In this document: positions 27,247 through 37,361 of the stretch, one piece after another | Position numbering within the stretch: position 1 is the first letter of the stretch | How the letters are laid out: every line of letters begins with the position of its first letter | Assembly: GCA_902774325.1 (NCBI GenBank) | Contig: CACYIC010000001.1 | Coordinates: 15,403-79,402 of the forward strand | Reading direction: 5' to 3' | Length of the DNA stretch: 64,000 bases | Source of the DNA: an uncultured Ruminococcus sp. | GTDB taxonomy: Bacteria; Bacillota; Clostridia; Oscillospirales; Acutalibacteraceae | Notes under the pieces: generated by a model | What the model saw: only the letters and a program-made list of their open reading frames with translations | Told to the model about the DNA's origin: nothing | Database searches by the model: none | Made by a program: the position numbers and the translations under genes

Positions 27247-28563
27247 ATGAAAAAAACAGCAGCAATAATTCTCGCCGCCGCTCTTATTCTTACCTCGCTG
27301 TTCGCGCTCGCGGGCTGCGGCGACGGCAACTACCCCGTAACGGTCGCCAATCTTACTATCAAGAAGGCGCCGACGGCGATCGCGGTGCTAGATCCCTGCG
27401 TCGCCGACATCATCTCATACATCGGATATGATACGACCATGGTGGGCAGAAGCGACGAGGTAGATCAGTCGTATATGCAGGTCGTTCCCAGCGTCGGCTC
27501 CGAGAGCGAACCGAATCTGTCGAAGCTCATCAGCCGCGCTACGGAGATCGTTTTTTCAAGCGACGCGCTGTCCGACGACACCAAAAAGCAGATCGAGGAT
27601 CAGAATATCCAGGTCGTCAGGGTCACCTTTGCCGACGACGCAAAGCAGCTCGAAACCAACTACCGCACCCTCGGAAAGATCCTCGGCGGCGCGGTGACGG
27701 GCGACAACAAGGGCGCTCAGGCTTATTCCAAGCTTTTTGACTCGATGGCAAAGCTCAAGTCCTCGGTTCCCGCCGAGACGCTTTACACCGCCTGCTATCT
27801 CTATCTTGACGAGCACGGCAAGCTGTGCCACACCACAAGCGGCACCTACGGCGATATCCTGCTCGGATATACGGGCGCGGTAAACGTTGCCGTCAATATC
27901 GAGGAGCCCGTCGTGGACGTCAGCACGCTCAAGGTCGCGAACCCCAACTACATTTTTTACGCCGACGACGCGACGCTCAAATATATCAAGGACAACAAGG
28001 ATCTTTCCAAGCTCGACGCGATAAAGAATAAGAAGTCTCTGCTGATCACAGAGGCGGAAATGACCCGCCAGGGCTTCACCGCGCTCGAAACCATCCGCAA
28101 GATGATCGAGTTCATGCACCCCGAGCTCAAGGCTACCCCCGATTCCGCTAGCGCGGAGACCACCGCTCCCGCTGTAAAGGCGACCGAGAGCACCGGCTCA
28201 AAGTCCGACACCAAGCCTGCGGAGACCACAAAGCCCGCCGAGACAAAGCCCGCGGAGGGCTCGACTCAGCCCGCGACCCAGGCGGCGACAAAGGCGGAGT
28301 CGCTTGCGGAGAAGTACAAGATCGACCTCAAGGATCTCACCCTCAAGTACAAGGACGACAACGACAAGGTCAAGGCTATGCAGCAGCGCCTCTATGACCT
28401 CGGCTATGTCGACGACAAGGAAAATATCACCGGCTATTACGGCGATGTCACCAAGAAGGCTGTCGCCGAGTTCCAGAAGAAGAACGGTCTGAAGGAAAAC
28501 GGTGAAACCGCGGACAACGAAACGCTGACCAAGATGTTCAGCTCCGACGCGGTCAAAAAATAA
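27247..28563 (+). CDS. Lipoprotein: TroA/BtuF-like solute-binding domain, Thr/Pro/Ala linker and C-terminal peptidoglycan-binding domain
   Basis: Lipobox LAGC; IAVLDP..ADII...VGRS...PNL; VKAMQQRLYDLGY...GYYGDVTKKAVAEFQKKNGL. Confidence 0.8.
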   Translation: MKKTAAIILAAALILTSLFALAGCGDGNYPVTVANLTIKKAPTAIAVLDPCVADIISYIGYDTTMVGRSDEVDQSYMQVVPSVGSESEPNLSKLISRATEIVFSSDALSDDTKKQIEDQNIQVVRVTFADDAKQLETNYRTLGKILGGAVTGDNKGAQAYSKLFDSMAKLKSSVPAETLYTACYLYLDEHGKLCHTTSGTYGDILLGYTGAVNVAVNIEEPVVDVSTLKVANPNYIFYADDATLKYIKDNKDLSKLDAIKNKKSLLITEAEMTRQGFTALETIRKMIEFMHPELKATPDSASAETTAPAVKATESTGSKSDTKPAETTKPAETKPAEGSTQPATQAATKAESLAEKYKIDLKDLTLKYKDDNDKVKAMQQRLYDLGYVDDKENITGYYGDVTKKAVAEFQKKNGLKENGETADNETLTKMFSSDAVKK

Positions 28564-28587
28564 TGCGGTAAAAACAATAAAACAGAA

Positions 28588-28620
28588 AAAAGAGCCCGGT
28601 TTCCGAATCGGGCGCTTTTT
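28588..28620 (+). terminator. Intrinsic terminator
   Basis: AAAAGAGCCCGGTT...AATCGGGCGCTTTTT. Confidence 0.6.
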
Positions 28621-28769
28621 TACCATTCCGGGAAATATCTGCCTATTGATTATTCAATAATAAAGTGGTATAATATATAGTCGGCAAAAATTTTTCAGAT
28701 AGATTTTTCTGATGTATAAATTATTGGATATTAAGTTTTCGGATCGAAAACAGATTAACGGTGATAGGT

Positions 28770-30065
28770 ATGAAAAGGATCCTTGCGCTGATTCTTTGCG
28801 GCTCAATGCTCGCGCTCCTGTTCGGCGCCTGCGCCTCGAAGGATGAGGCGAATCCCGAGCAGCCTCAGACGGAGAGCAAAAGCGCGGTTGAAACAAAATC
28901 AAATAAAGAAACAAAGACTGTTCCCACGGCATCGACCGCTCACGACAGCGGGAAGAAGGCGGGAACGAAGCCCGAAACGAAGCCGACGGAAGCCGAAAAG
29001 CCGGAGGACAGCGCCATAAAAGACGTTTTTGACGGCGACGTTGCCGAGGCGGGCTTTGACGGAGTCGTGTGCGCTGAGAGCGACGGCAGGCTGATATATG
29101 AAAGCGAAGCCTCGCGCTACTCGAGCGACACCTTTTTCCGCATAGCCTCGGTTTCAAAGCAGTTCACCGCCGCGGCGGTGCTCATGCTCTGCGACGAGGG
29201 CAGACTCAGCGTCAACGACGCCATAGACAAATTCTTTCCCGAATTTTACGAGCACAGCAGATATATGCGGGACGGGACCCCGCTCAGCGACGAAACGATG
29301 CAGAGGCTGCGCGACAATAAGGTGACCGTCCATCACCTTCTTTGCATGCGCTCCGGGATCCCGGACTATCTTACGCTCGCCTATTACGACGATTCCGACG
29401 GCGATTCGATCCCGGATGTCGTAAGCGACGTCAGTCCCGCCTATTCCTCGGAGAAAAACCGCGCGGCGGTCAAGCAGTGGCTCTATACCACGGAGCTTTC
29501 GCTGCCCGATCAGACCTTTGATTACAGCAACTCAAACTACCTCCTGCTCGGAGAGATCATCGAACAGGTCTCCGGTATGCCCTACGAGGATTTTATAACC
29601 GAAAGGATACTTGAGCCTCTGGGGATGAACAACACCTATTTCGGCGAAAAAACGGATATTTCGTCGCTCAAATTTGCTCACCCCGACGCTGAGAACTCCG
29701 AAAACGTCTGGTTCCGGCTCAACGGGGTGCGCTACGGCTGCGGAGATATGATCTCCATAGCCTCCGACCTCATGATATGGGCGAGAGAGCTCATGGACGG
29801 AACCGAAAAAAAGGTCCTCACAGACAGCATGATAAGCCGCATGACGACAAACTATTCAGGCGGCGGTTACGGTTACGGCCTTTCGATAAATGAAAATATG
29901 GGTATGATAAGTCACGAGGGCAGTTTGCCGCCGTTTTCATCCATTCTCGCGGTGATCCCCTCACAGCGCTTCGCGCTTGTGATGTTCGACAACAGGTACG
30001 ATTCGGCATTGAAGGGACTTTCGCAAAAGCTCTGCTCGGATTTCATGCGCGGCAGGAACGCATAG
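28770..30065 (+). CDS. Serine hydrolase lipoprotein (AmpC/beta-lactamase-like family)
   Basis: Lipobox FGAC; FRIASVSKQFTA (SxxK), LLCMRSG, YSNSNY (YxN), HEG. Confidence 0.85.
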   Translation: MKRILALILCGSMLALLFGACASKDEANPEQPQTESKSAVETKSNKETKTVPTASTAHDSGKKAGTKPETKPTEAEKPEDSAIKDVFDGDVAEAGFDGVVCAESDGRLIYESEASRYSSDTFFRIASVSKQFTAAAVLMLCDEGRLSVNDAIDKFFPEFYEHSRYMRDGTPLSDETMQRLRDNKVTVHHLLCMRSGIPDYLTLAYYDDSDGDSIPDVVSDVSPAYSSEKNRAAVKQWLYTTELSLPDQTFDYSNSNYLLLGEIIEQVSGMPYEDFITERILEPLGMNNTYFGEKTDISSLKFAHPDAENSENVWFRLNGVRYGCGDMISIASDLMIWARELMDGTEKKVLTDSMISRMTTNYSGGGYGYGLSINENMGMISHEGSLPPFSSILAVIPSQRFALVMFDNRYDSALKGLSQKLCSDFMRGRNA

Positions 30066-30076
30066 GAGGAACTATC

Positions 30077-32980
30077 TTGAAACTTGGACTTGATATCGGC
30101 TCGACCACGATAAAGTGCGTCGTGCTTGACGATAAAAATGAAATAATCTACAAAACCTACGAGCGCCATTATTCGCAGATCACCGACAAGATAGCTCAGC
30201 TGCTCGAGCGCGTGCGCTCCGAGATAGAGGGCGTCGAGGAAGCCTCGGTCGCCATGTCCGGCTCGGCGGGCATGGGCGTTGCCCAGGACTGCGGCATCGA
30301 CTTTGTCCAGGAGGTCTACGCCACCAGAGTCGCGGCGAACACCTTCATCCCCGGCACCGACGTAGTTATCGAGCTGGGCGGCGAGGACGCGAAAATACTT
30401 TTTCTCACAAACGGACTCGAGGTGCGCATGAACGGCACCTGCGCGGGAGGAACGGGAGCCTTTATCGACCAGATGGCTACGCTGCTCAACGTTCCGCTCG
30501 AAAAGCTCGACGAGCTGGCGCAGCGCCATGAAAAGACCTACTCCATCGCCTCGCGCTGCGGAGTTTTCGCTAAAACGGATATCCAGCCCCTGCTCAACCA
30601 GGGAGCGAGAAAGAGCGATATCGCCGAGAGCATATTCAACGCCGTTGTCAGCCAGACCGTCGCGGGACTTGCTCAGGGACGCGAGATCGAGGGTCAGATC
30701 GTCTATCTCGGCGGGCCTCTCACCTTTATGAGCGAGCTGCGCCGCTGCTTTGACAAGACCCTCAAGACCAAGGGGATATGCCCCGAGAACTCGCTCTATT
30801 ACGTCGCCTGCGGAGCGGCGATCTGCGCCGACTCCGGGATCGACTTTGACGCGGTGATCGAGGCGGTAAAAAAATACCGCGGCTCGGGCAACTTCGCCTT
30901 CAATCCGCCTCTTTTTGAAAACCGAGAGGACTACAAGGCGTTTTGCGAGCGTCACGCCAAGGCAAACGTCGAGCAAAAGGAGCTCAAGGGCTACCGGGGC
31001 AAGGCTTACATAGGAATGGACTCCGGCTCTACCACGGTCAAGGGCGTGGTTTTGGGCGCGGAGGGCGAGCTGCTTTTCTCTAAATATCTGCCCTCAAAGG
31101 GAAATCCCGTCGAGCTCATCAAGGACTTTCTGGAGGAGATCTACGAGATAAATCCCGATCTGAACATCGTTTCCTCAGCCGTTACGGGCTACGGCGAGGA
31201 TATCATAAAGAACGCCTTCAACGCGGATTACGGTATCGTTGAGACAATAGCTCATTTTACCGCCGCGAAATATTTTATGCCCGACGTTGAATTTATTATC
31301 GACATCGGCGGGCAGGATATAAAATGCTTTAAGATCCACAACGGCGCGATCGACAATATCTTCCTCAATGAAGCCTGCTCCTCGGGCTGCGGAAGCTTTT
31401 TGCAGACCTTCGCGAACGCTCTCGGCTACGATATAGAGGAGTTTTCAAGGCTGGGTCTTTTTGCCGAGCGCCCCGTTGATCTGGGCTCGCGCTGCACCGT
31501 CTTTATGAATTCGAGCGTCAAGCAGGCGCAGAAGGACGGAGCCACCATCGAGGATATCTCGGCGGGACTTTCGCTGAGCGTGGTCAAGAACGCGCTCTAC
31601 AAGGTCATCCGCGCCTCCAGCCCGGACGAGCTGGGCAAGAGGATCGTCGTTCAGGGAGGAACCTTCCTCAACGACGCGGTGCTGCGCGCCTTTGAGCAGG
31701 AGATGGGAGTCGAGGTCGTGCGCCCGAATATCGCGGGACTCATGGGAGCCTACGGAGCCGCGCTCTACGCGAGGAAAAAGAGCAAAGGCAGCGGCAAAAG
31801 CGGTCTCTCCGACCTTGAGGAGCTGAAAAGCTTCAAGCATGATATCAGGGTCGTCAACTGCGGGATGTGCAACAATAACTGCCGCCTGACGGTCAATTCC
31901 TTCGGAAAGGGAAGAAAGTTCATCGCGGGCAACCGCTGCGAGCGCCCGATCACCCGCAAGGCGCCCGCCTCAAGGCTCAATATCTATGAATACAAGCTCG
32001 GTCTGCTCGATGAATTCAAGCCGGTCGAGGGCTTGCGCGGCAAGCTCGGCATACCGATGGGACTTAATATGTTCGAGCTCTATCCGTTCTGGTACCGCTT
32101 CTTCACCGAGCTGAAATTCGAGGTTTTCCATTCACCCTTCTCCAACCGCAAGCTCTACCGCCGGGGTCAGCAGACCATCCCCAGCGACACCGTCTGCTTC
32201 CCTGCGAAGCTCATGCACGGACACATCCAGACCCTCATAGACGACGGAGTGGAAAATATCTTCTACCCCTGTCTTTCCTATAATTTCGACGAGCACCTCG
32301 GCGACAATCACTACAACTGCCCGGTTGTGGCTTACTATCCCGAGGTCATCAAAAACAATATGAAGGATATCCGAAAGGTCAACTTCATCAAGGAGTATTT
32401 CGGTATCCACCGTCCCAAGGATTTCCCGCAGAAGGCGTTTGAGCGGCTTTCGTTCCATTTCCCCGACCTCACCCTCAACGAGGTCAGAGCCGCCGCCAAG
32501 AAAGCCTATGAGGAGCAGGAGCTCTATATGCGCAGGATCCGCGAAAAGGGCGACGAGATAATCCGCGAGGCGGAGGCTCAGGGCAAAAAGATCTTTGTGC
32601 TCGCGGGCAGACCCTATCATATCGATCCCGAGATCAACCACGGCATCGACAAGCTGATCGCGGGCTTCGACGTCGCGATAATCAGCGAGGACGTGGTTTC
32701 CCCGAGGGTGGAGCGCTTCCGCACTCACGTCCTCAATCAGTGGACCTACCATTCGCGACTGTACGCGGCGGCAAAGTACGTTTCGACGCGCCCCGATATG
32801 GAGCTGGTGCAGCTGGTTTCGTTCGGCTGCGGAGTCGACGCGATCACGACCGACGAGGTGCGCGAGATCCTCGAGGAAAACAACAAGATATACACCCAGA
32901 TCAAAATCGACGAGATCACAAACCTCGGCGCGGTCAAAATCAGGATCAGAAGTCTGCTTGCCGCGATAGACAACGACTGA
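30077..32980 (+). CDS. 2-hydroxyacyl-CoA dehydratase activator (two ASKHA ATPase domains plus DUF2229-like region); TTG start
   Basis: GLDIGSTTIK, CAGGTG, RCGVFA; second GMDSGSTTVK, DIGGQD, CSSGCG, RCTVF; VSFGCG. Confidence 0.88.
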   Translation: MKLGLDIGSTTIKCVVLDDKNEIIYKTYERHYSQITDKIAQLLERVRSEIEGVEEASVAMSGSAGMGVAQDCGIDFVQEVYATRVAANTFIPGTDVVIELGGEDAKILFLTNGLEVRMNGTCAGGTGAFIDQMATLLNVPLEKLDELAQRHEKTYSIASRCGVFAKTDIQPLLNQGARKSDIAESIFNAVVSQTVAGLAQGREIEGQIVYLGGPLTFMSELRRCFDKTLKTKGICPENSLYYVACGAAICADSGIDFDAVIEAVKKYRGSGNFAFNPPLFENREDYKAFCERHAKANVEQKELKGYRGKAYIGMDSGSTTVKGVVLGAEGELLFSKYLPSKGNPVELIKDFLEEIYEINPDLNIVSSAVTGYGEDIIKNAFNADYGIVETIAHFTAAKYFMPDVEFIIDIGGQDIKCFKIHNGAIDNIFLNEACSSGCGSFLQTFANALGYDIEEFSRLGLFAERPVDLGSRCTVFMNSSVKQAQKDGATIEDISAGLSLSVVKNALYKVIRASSPDELGKRIVVQGGTFLNDAVLRAFEQEMGVEVVRPNIAGLMGAYGAALYARKKSKGSGKSGLSDLEELKSFKHDIRVVNCGMCNNNCRLTVNSFGKGRKFIAGNRCERPITRKAPASRLNIYEYKLGLLDEFKPVEGLRGKLGIPMGLNMFELYPFWYRFFTELKFEVFHSPFSNRKLYRRGQQTIPSDTVCFPAKLMHGHIQTLIDDGVENIFYPCLSYNFDEHLGDNHYNCPVVAYYPEVIKNNMKDIRKVNFIKEYFGIHRPKDFPQKAFERLSFHFPDLTLNEVRAAAKKAYEEQELYMRRIREKGDEIIREAEAQGKKIFVLAGRPYHIDPEINHGIDKLIAGFDVAIISEDVVSPRVERFRTHVLNQWTYHSRLYAAAKYVSTRPDMELVQLVSFGCGVDAITTDEVREILEENNKIYTQIKIDEITNLGAVKIRIRSLLAAIDND

Positions 32981-33005
32981 CCGCACGGAAAGAGGAAGAC
33001 AGAAT

Positions 33006-34304
33006 ATGGCTGAGTTAAAATACGACAAAAAAACAGGCAGGCTGCTGTTTACAAAGCAGATGAAGAAGGATTACACCATCCTGATCCCGAACATGGCGCC
33101 GATCCACTTTCAGATGCTCGAGAACGTCTTTAAGCATTACGGCTACAAGGCGGAGCTGCTGCGCTTCACGGGACCCGAGATCGCCCAGACGGGACTTAAA
33201 TACGTTCACAACGATACCTGCTATCCCGCGCTCCTGGTTATAGGTCAGTTTATCTACGCGCTCCAGAGCGGCAAATACGACCCGCACAAGACCGCGCTGA
33301 TGATCACCCAGACGGGCGGAGGCTGCCGCGCCTCGAACTATATTTTCCTGCTGCGCAAGGCTCTCAAAAAGGCGGGCTATCCCTTTGTTCCCGTAATCTC
33401 GCTCTCCTTCGGGATGGAAAAGAACCCCGGCTTCGCCCTCACCATCTCGCTGGTGCGCCGCTTTGTGGGCGGCGTGGTCTACGGCGACCAGCTCATGCTG
33501 CTCTCAAACCAGATCAAGCCCTACGAGGTCAACAAGGGAGAAACGATGGCGCTTGTAGACAAGTGGGTCCAAAAGCTCTCGGATATGCTCGTAGCCGGAA
33601 AGGGCTACACGCTCGAGGAGATCGACGAGAACCTTCACAAGCTGACAAAGGATTTCTCGAAAATCGAGGTCGACCGCACGCCTAAGATCAAGGTCGGCAT
33701 CGTCGGCGAGATATATGTAAAATACTCCGAAATGGCAAATAACGGACTCGAGAAATTCCTCGCGGAGCAGGATTGCGAGGTCTGTATTCCGGGACTTATG
33801 GGTTTTGCCGCCTTCAAGGTGGACAACCGCATAGAGGATTACAAGATGTTCGGCGGAAACAGGATCAAATACGAATTCTGCAAAATGCTGCTCGATTACG
33901 TCACCAAGCTGGAGACCATAATGGTCGAGAGCGCCAAGCGCTTCAACTTCGTCCCGCCGCAGCAATATTCCCATACAAAGGAGCTCGTAAAGGGCGTCAT
34001 CGGCTACGGAAGCAAGATGGGCGAGGGCTGGCTGCTCACAGCCGAGATGATCGAGCTTGCCGATATGGGCTATGAAAATATCATTTGCACTCAGCCCTTC
34101 GGCTGTCTGCCAAACCATATAAACGGAAAGGGCGCGATCCGCAAGATCAAGGAGATCCGTCCCAACGCCAATATCGTCACTATCGACTACGACCCCGGCG
34201 CTCCCAAGGTCAATCAGGAGAACCGCATAAAGCTCATGCTGGCGGTCGGCAGAGAAGAACTGGAGAAGAAGCTCAAGGAAAATGAAGAAGAATCCCGGAA
34301 ATAA
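33006..34304 (+). CDS. 2-hydroxyacyl-CoA dehydratase-like protein
   Basis: NDTCYPA, TQTGGGCRASNY, VGEIYVK, GEGWLL, QPFGCLPNH. Confidence 0.85.
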   Translation: MAELKYDKKTGRLLFTKQMKKDYTILIPNMAPIHFQMLENVFKHYGYKAELLRFTGPEIAQTGLKYVHNDTCYPALLVIGQFIYALQSGKYDPHKTALMITQTGGGCRASNYIFLLRKALKKAGYPFVPVISLSFGMEKNPGFALTISLVRRFVGGVVYGDQLMLLSNQIKPYEVNKGETMALVDKWVQKLSDMLVAGKGYTLEEIDENLHKLTKDFSKIEVDRTPKIKVGIVGEIYVKYSEMANNGLEKFLAEQDCEVCIPGLMGFAAFKVDNRIEDYKMFGGNRIKYEFCKMLLDYVTKLETIMVESAKRFNFVPPQQYSHTKELVKGVIGYGSKMGEGWLLTAEMIELADMGYENIICTQPFGCLPNHINGKGAIRKIKEIRPNANIVTIDYDPGAPKVNQENRIKLMLAVGREELEKKLKENEEESRK

Positions 34305-35118
34305 CGGTATCAGGCAAAAGCTTTTGAAGGCGGTCAATTTCGAGGATATGCGCAGGCACAAGGTAAAGGCGGCGGTATATATCGTGATCCGCGTCCTTAC
34401 CGTCGGAGTGATGGTGTTCAGCATAGTCAGAGGCAACTGGGAAAATACTATGACCTGCGCCTTGACGCTGTTCCTGTTTTTGATCCCCTCGTTTATCAAC
34501 AACAGGATGAAGATCGAGCTGCCGAGCGTGCTGGAGATCATAATGATAGTCTTTGTGTTCTCGGCGAATATCATGGGCGAGATATCCTCGTTCTATGAAA
34601 AATTCCCCTATTGGGACGCCGTGCTCCATACCCTCAACGGTTTTATCTGCGCGGGCGTGGGCTTTGGGCTCGTCGACATCCTCAATCGCGAAAAGGCGGT
34701 GAGGGTCACGCTCTCGCCCGTTTTCGTCTGCCTGTTTTCCTTCTGCTTCTCCATGACCGCGGGCACCGTTTGGGAGTTCTTTGAGTTCGGCATGGATATG
34801 CTTTTCGGCAAGGATATGCAGAAGGACGCGGTCGTAGGCTTCATCAATTCCACGCTGCTCGCCGAGGGAGGCGAAAAGATCCACCGCGTCAGGGATATTT
34901 CGCAAACCGTCGTCAACGGCGCCGAGCTGAATATCAACGGCTACCTCGATATCGGTCTGATCGACACGATGAAGGATCTGATCGTCAATTTCATCGGCGC
35001 GGTGGTGTTCAATACCGTGGGGTATTTTTATCTGCTCGGCAGAGGAAGACACACCGGCTTTATCAAAAACTTTATTCCAACCAAAATCCCGGAGAATGAA
35101 AAAAACGCTCAGCCTTGA
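34282..35118 (+). CDS. Conserved integral membrane protein
   Basis: YWDAVLHTLNGF, WEFFEF, DTMKDLIVNFIG; multiple TMs; overlaps the preceding stop. Confidence 0.75.
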   Translation: MKKNPGNNGIRQKLLKAVNFEDMRRHKVKAAVYIVIRVLTVGVMVFSIVRGNWENTMTCALTLFLFLIPSFINNRMKIELPSVLEIIMIVFVFSANIMGEISSFYEKFPYWDAVLHTLNGFICAGVGFGLVDILNREKAVRVTLSPVFVCLFSFCFSMTAGTVWEFFEFGMDMLFGKDMQKDAVVGFINSTLLAEGGEKIHRVRDISQTVVNGAELNINGYLDIGLIDTMKDLIVNFIGAVVFNTVGYFYLLGRGRHTGFIKNFIPTKIPENEKNAQP

Positions 35119-35216
35119 AGCCGAGCGTTTTATTTTTTTATGAAGGAAATCACAGCGTTACGCATAGCGGAAATACCTCTTATACAGGAAGTAATGACGC
35201 AGCGCAAAGAAGAAGG

Positions 35217-35730
35217 ACTTCTGACCCGCCGTCGCAGGGGTTTGCGGCTCAACTCAACCTCAATAAAGAGGATAATGCGCTTTTGGCGCTTTTTGCTGGA
35301 ATTAAAAGAGGCGACGCATAAATCAACTTCTGACCCGCCGTCGCAGATGGTCTGCGGTTTATCACAACTTTTAAAAAGGCGGCTGGAGCGCCTTTGGCGC
35401 TTTTTGTGGGAATTAAAAGAGGCGGCGCATAAATCAACTTTTGACCCGCCGTCGCAGGGGGTCTGCGGCTCAACTCAACCTCAAAAAAGAGGATAATGCG
35501 CCCTTGGAGCTTTTTGTGGGAATTAAAAGAGGCGGCGCATAAATCAACTTCTGACCCGCCGTCGCAGGGGTTTGCGGTTCAACTCAACCTCAAAAAAGAG
35601 GATAATGCGCCCTTGGAGCTTTTTGTGAGAATTAAAAGAGGCGACGCATAAATCGACTTCTGACCCGCCGTCGCAGAAGGTCTGCGGTTTATCACAACTT
35701 TTAAAAAGGCGGAGAAAGCGCCTTTGGCGC
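35217..35730. repeat. Tandem array of about 4.7 copies of a 109-111-bp unit, two unit types in order A-B-A-A-B
   Basis: ACTT(C/T)TGACCCGCCGTCGCAG at 35217, 35326, 35437, 35547 and 35656. Confidence 0.95.
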
Positions 35731-35731
35731 A

Positions 35732-37153
35732 TCAGGCGAGGTGCAGAACGTTTATCAGCAGCACCCAGCTCAGTCCGTAGTAGGTGACGACCGCGACGAG
35801 GTCGTTGATCGTGGTGATCAGGGGACCCGAGGCTACGGCGGGGTCGATTTTTATTTTTTTGAAAAACAGCGGGATGGTGGTGCCGACTACGCTCGATATC
35901 ACCATGGCTGTCAGCAGCGACGCTCCGATGCAGCCCGAGACGGCGAAGGCGAAGAAGAAATCCCGTCCTCTGAAAAGCATGATATAAAGTCCCAGAAAGA
36001 CAACCGAAAGCGTGCCGAGGATCAGACCGTTGAAGAAGCCGACCCGCGATTCCTTCGCTACGAGTCTGAATTTTTGCGCGGCGGTGAGGTTTTCATCCAT
36101 CAGGACGCGGATGGTGACCGCCAGCGACTGCGTTCCGACGTTACCCGACATATCGAGGATGAGCGACTGGAACGCCATGATGAGCGTGAGCTGCTCGACG
36201 ACCCTCTCGAACGCGCCGACGACGGTGGAAACCAGTATGCCCAGACCCAGCAGCGCCAGAAGCCAGGGCATGCGCTTTTTTATGCTTTGGAGCAGCGGCT
36301 CCTTCAAGTCCTCCTCGGCGGTAAGACCGGCGAACATCGCGTAGTCCTCGCCGAGCTCTTCATCAACGACCTCGATTATGTTCTGCGCCGTGATGACTCC
36401 GAGAAAGGTATTGCTGTTGTCGAGCACGGGCACGGAGTCCTCCGAATAGTCCTTTAGCTTTTCGATACAATCGTCGATGCTCTCGTGACCGTAGACGTAC
36501 GGGAACGAGGTCGCGATCAGGTTCTCGAGCGGCTCCTCGGGCTTTGCCGTGAGCAGGTCGCGCAGATCGACGGCTCCGTAAAAGGCGCCGCTGTCGTCAA
36601 CGACGAAAAGCGTGTTGAGGTTATCGTTTTCCCTTGCCTGCCTTACAAGCTCGGCGGTAGCCTCTCTTACCGTGAGGTTTTCGCGCAGCACGATGCAGTT
36701 TGTCGTCAGGCGGCTGCCGATCTCGTCCTCGTCAAAGGCGGCGATTATCCTCAGATCGCTGCGCGCCTCGGGATCGAGCTCGTCGATGATGACCGTGCGC
36801 TTTTCGCGTGAGATCTCGCGGAGAATATCAGCCGCGGTGTCGGTCTCGAGCATCGAGATCACTGCAGCTTCTTTTTTAAGATCCATCTCGTCGAGGTAGC
36901 CTACTGCTTCCTTCTCGTCAAGGTGCTCGAACGCCTCGGCGAGCATTTCGACCGTGCATATCCTGTAGAGCTTCTTGCGCTCCGCGACGCTCAGCCCTTC
37001 CATAGTCTGGGCGAGGTCGCTGCCGTGGTAATCCTCGAGCAGCTTCTGCGCCGCCTTGGGGGAGCGGTTGCTTTTGATGATGCCCAGTATCTCGCTTTCG
37101 TAGTCGGGCCTTTCGATTACTTCATTCCCGACCATGGCTTTGTTGTTTTCCAT
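35732..37153 (-). CDS. mgtE: Magnesium transporter MgtE
   Basis: N-terminal repeats, CBS pair, MSGNVGTQS, DPAVASGPLITTINDL. Confidence 0.95.
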   Translation of the reverse strand: MENNKAMVGNEVIERPDYESEILGIIKSNRSPKAAQKLLEDYHGSDLAQTMEGLSVAERKKLYRICTVEMLAEAFEHLDEKEAVGYLDEMDLKKEAAVISMLETDTAADILREISREKRTVIIDELDPEARSDLRIIAAFDEDEIGSRLTTNCIVLRENLTVREATAELVRQARENDNLNTLFVVDDSGAFYGAVDLRDLLTAKPEEPLENLIATSFPYVYGHESIDDCIEKLKDYSEDSVPVLDNSNTFLGVITAQNIIEVVDEELGEDYAMFAGLTAEEDLKEPLLQSIKKRMPWLLALLGLGILVSTVVGAFERVVEQLTLIMAFQSLILDMSGNVGTQSLAVTIRVLMDENLTAAQKFRLVAKESRVGFFNGLILGTLSVVFLGLYIMLFRGRDFFFAFAVSGCIGASLLTAMVISSVVGTTIPLFFKKIKIDPAVASGPLITTINDLVAVVTYYGLSWVLLINVLHLA

Positions 37154-37204
37154 TTTTTGCCCTCCGTTCTACAATATTAGTCATAGAAACGGACAAGCGG
37201 ACGC

Positions 37205-37231
37205 AAAAATACCCCCGTCAAACAGGGGCAT
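37205..37231 (-). terminator. Attenuator-type terminator in the mgtE leader
   Basis: Minus strand ATGCCCCTG-tttga-CGGGGGTAT then T-run, 52 bp upstream of the mgtE ATG. Confidence 0.7.
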
Positions 37232-37325
37232 CGGTTATCGGCGCAGGGAAACGGCGCGAACCGCCGATCCCGTCCGGCCCTCGCCCGACGCTTCCGTTTG
37301 ACCCGTAACTGTCACTGCCGTTCAC
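37218..37325 (-). CDS. Putative 35-aa mgtE leader peptide MNGSDSYGSNGSVGRGPDGIGGSRRFPAPITDAPV
   Basis: RBS GAGGTGA, 5-nt spacer, GTG start; stop TGA lies in the terminator loop. Confidence 0.5.
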   Translation of the reverse strand: MNGSDSYGSNGSVGRGPDGIGGSRRFPAPITDAPV

Positions 37326-37361
37326 CTGCTTCACCTCACTTGATTTAGGATTTACGCCTCC

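Noticed and set aside
28770-30065. Bona fide beta-lactamase resistance gene
   Set aside because: SxxK and YxN fit the broad serine-hydrolase family; lipoprotein with long linker and HEG instead of KTG; no resistance context
35140-35496. 118-aa ORF across the tandem array
   Set aside because: Unit lengths of 109 and 110 bp break the frame; no convincing RBS; a by-product of the repeat
35217-35730. CRISPR array
   Set aside because: Period about 110 bp, core about 60 bp, intervening segments recur (A/B types) rather than being unique; no cas genes
37200-37360. M-box (ykoK) riboswitch upstream of mgtE
   Set aside because: Lacks the hallmark UAGGUGAGGCUCCU, UGCCC and GUGCUAAA segments; only GUGAGG and GGGUCAA fragments are similar
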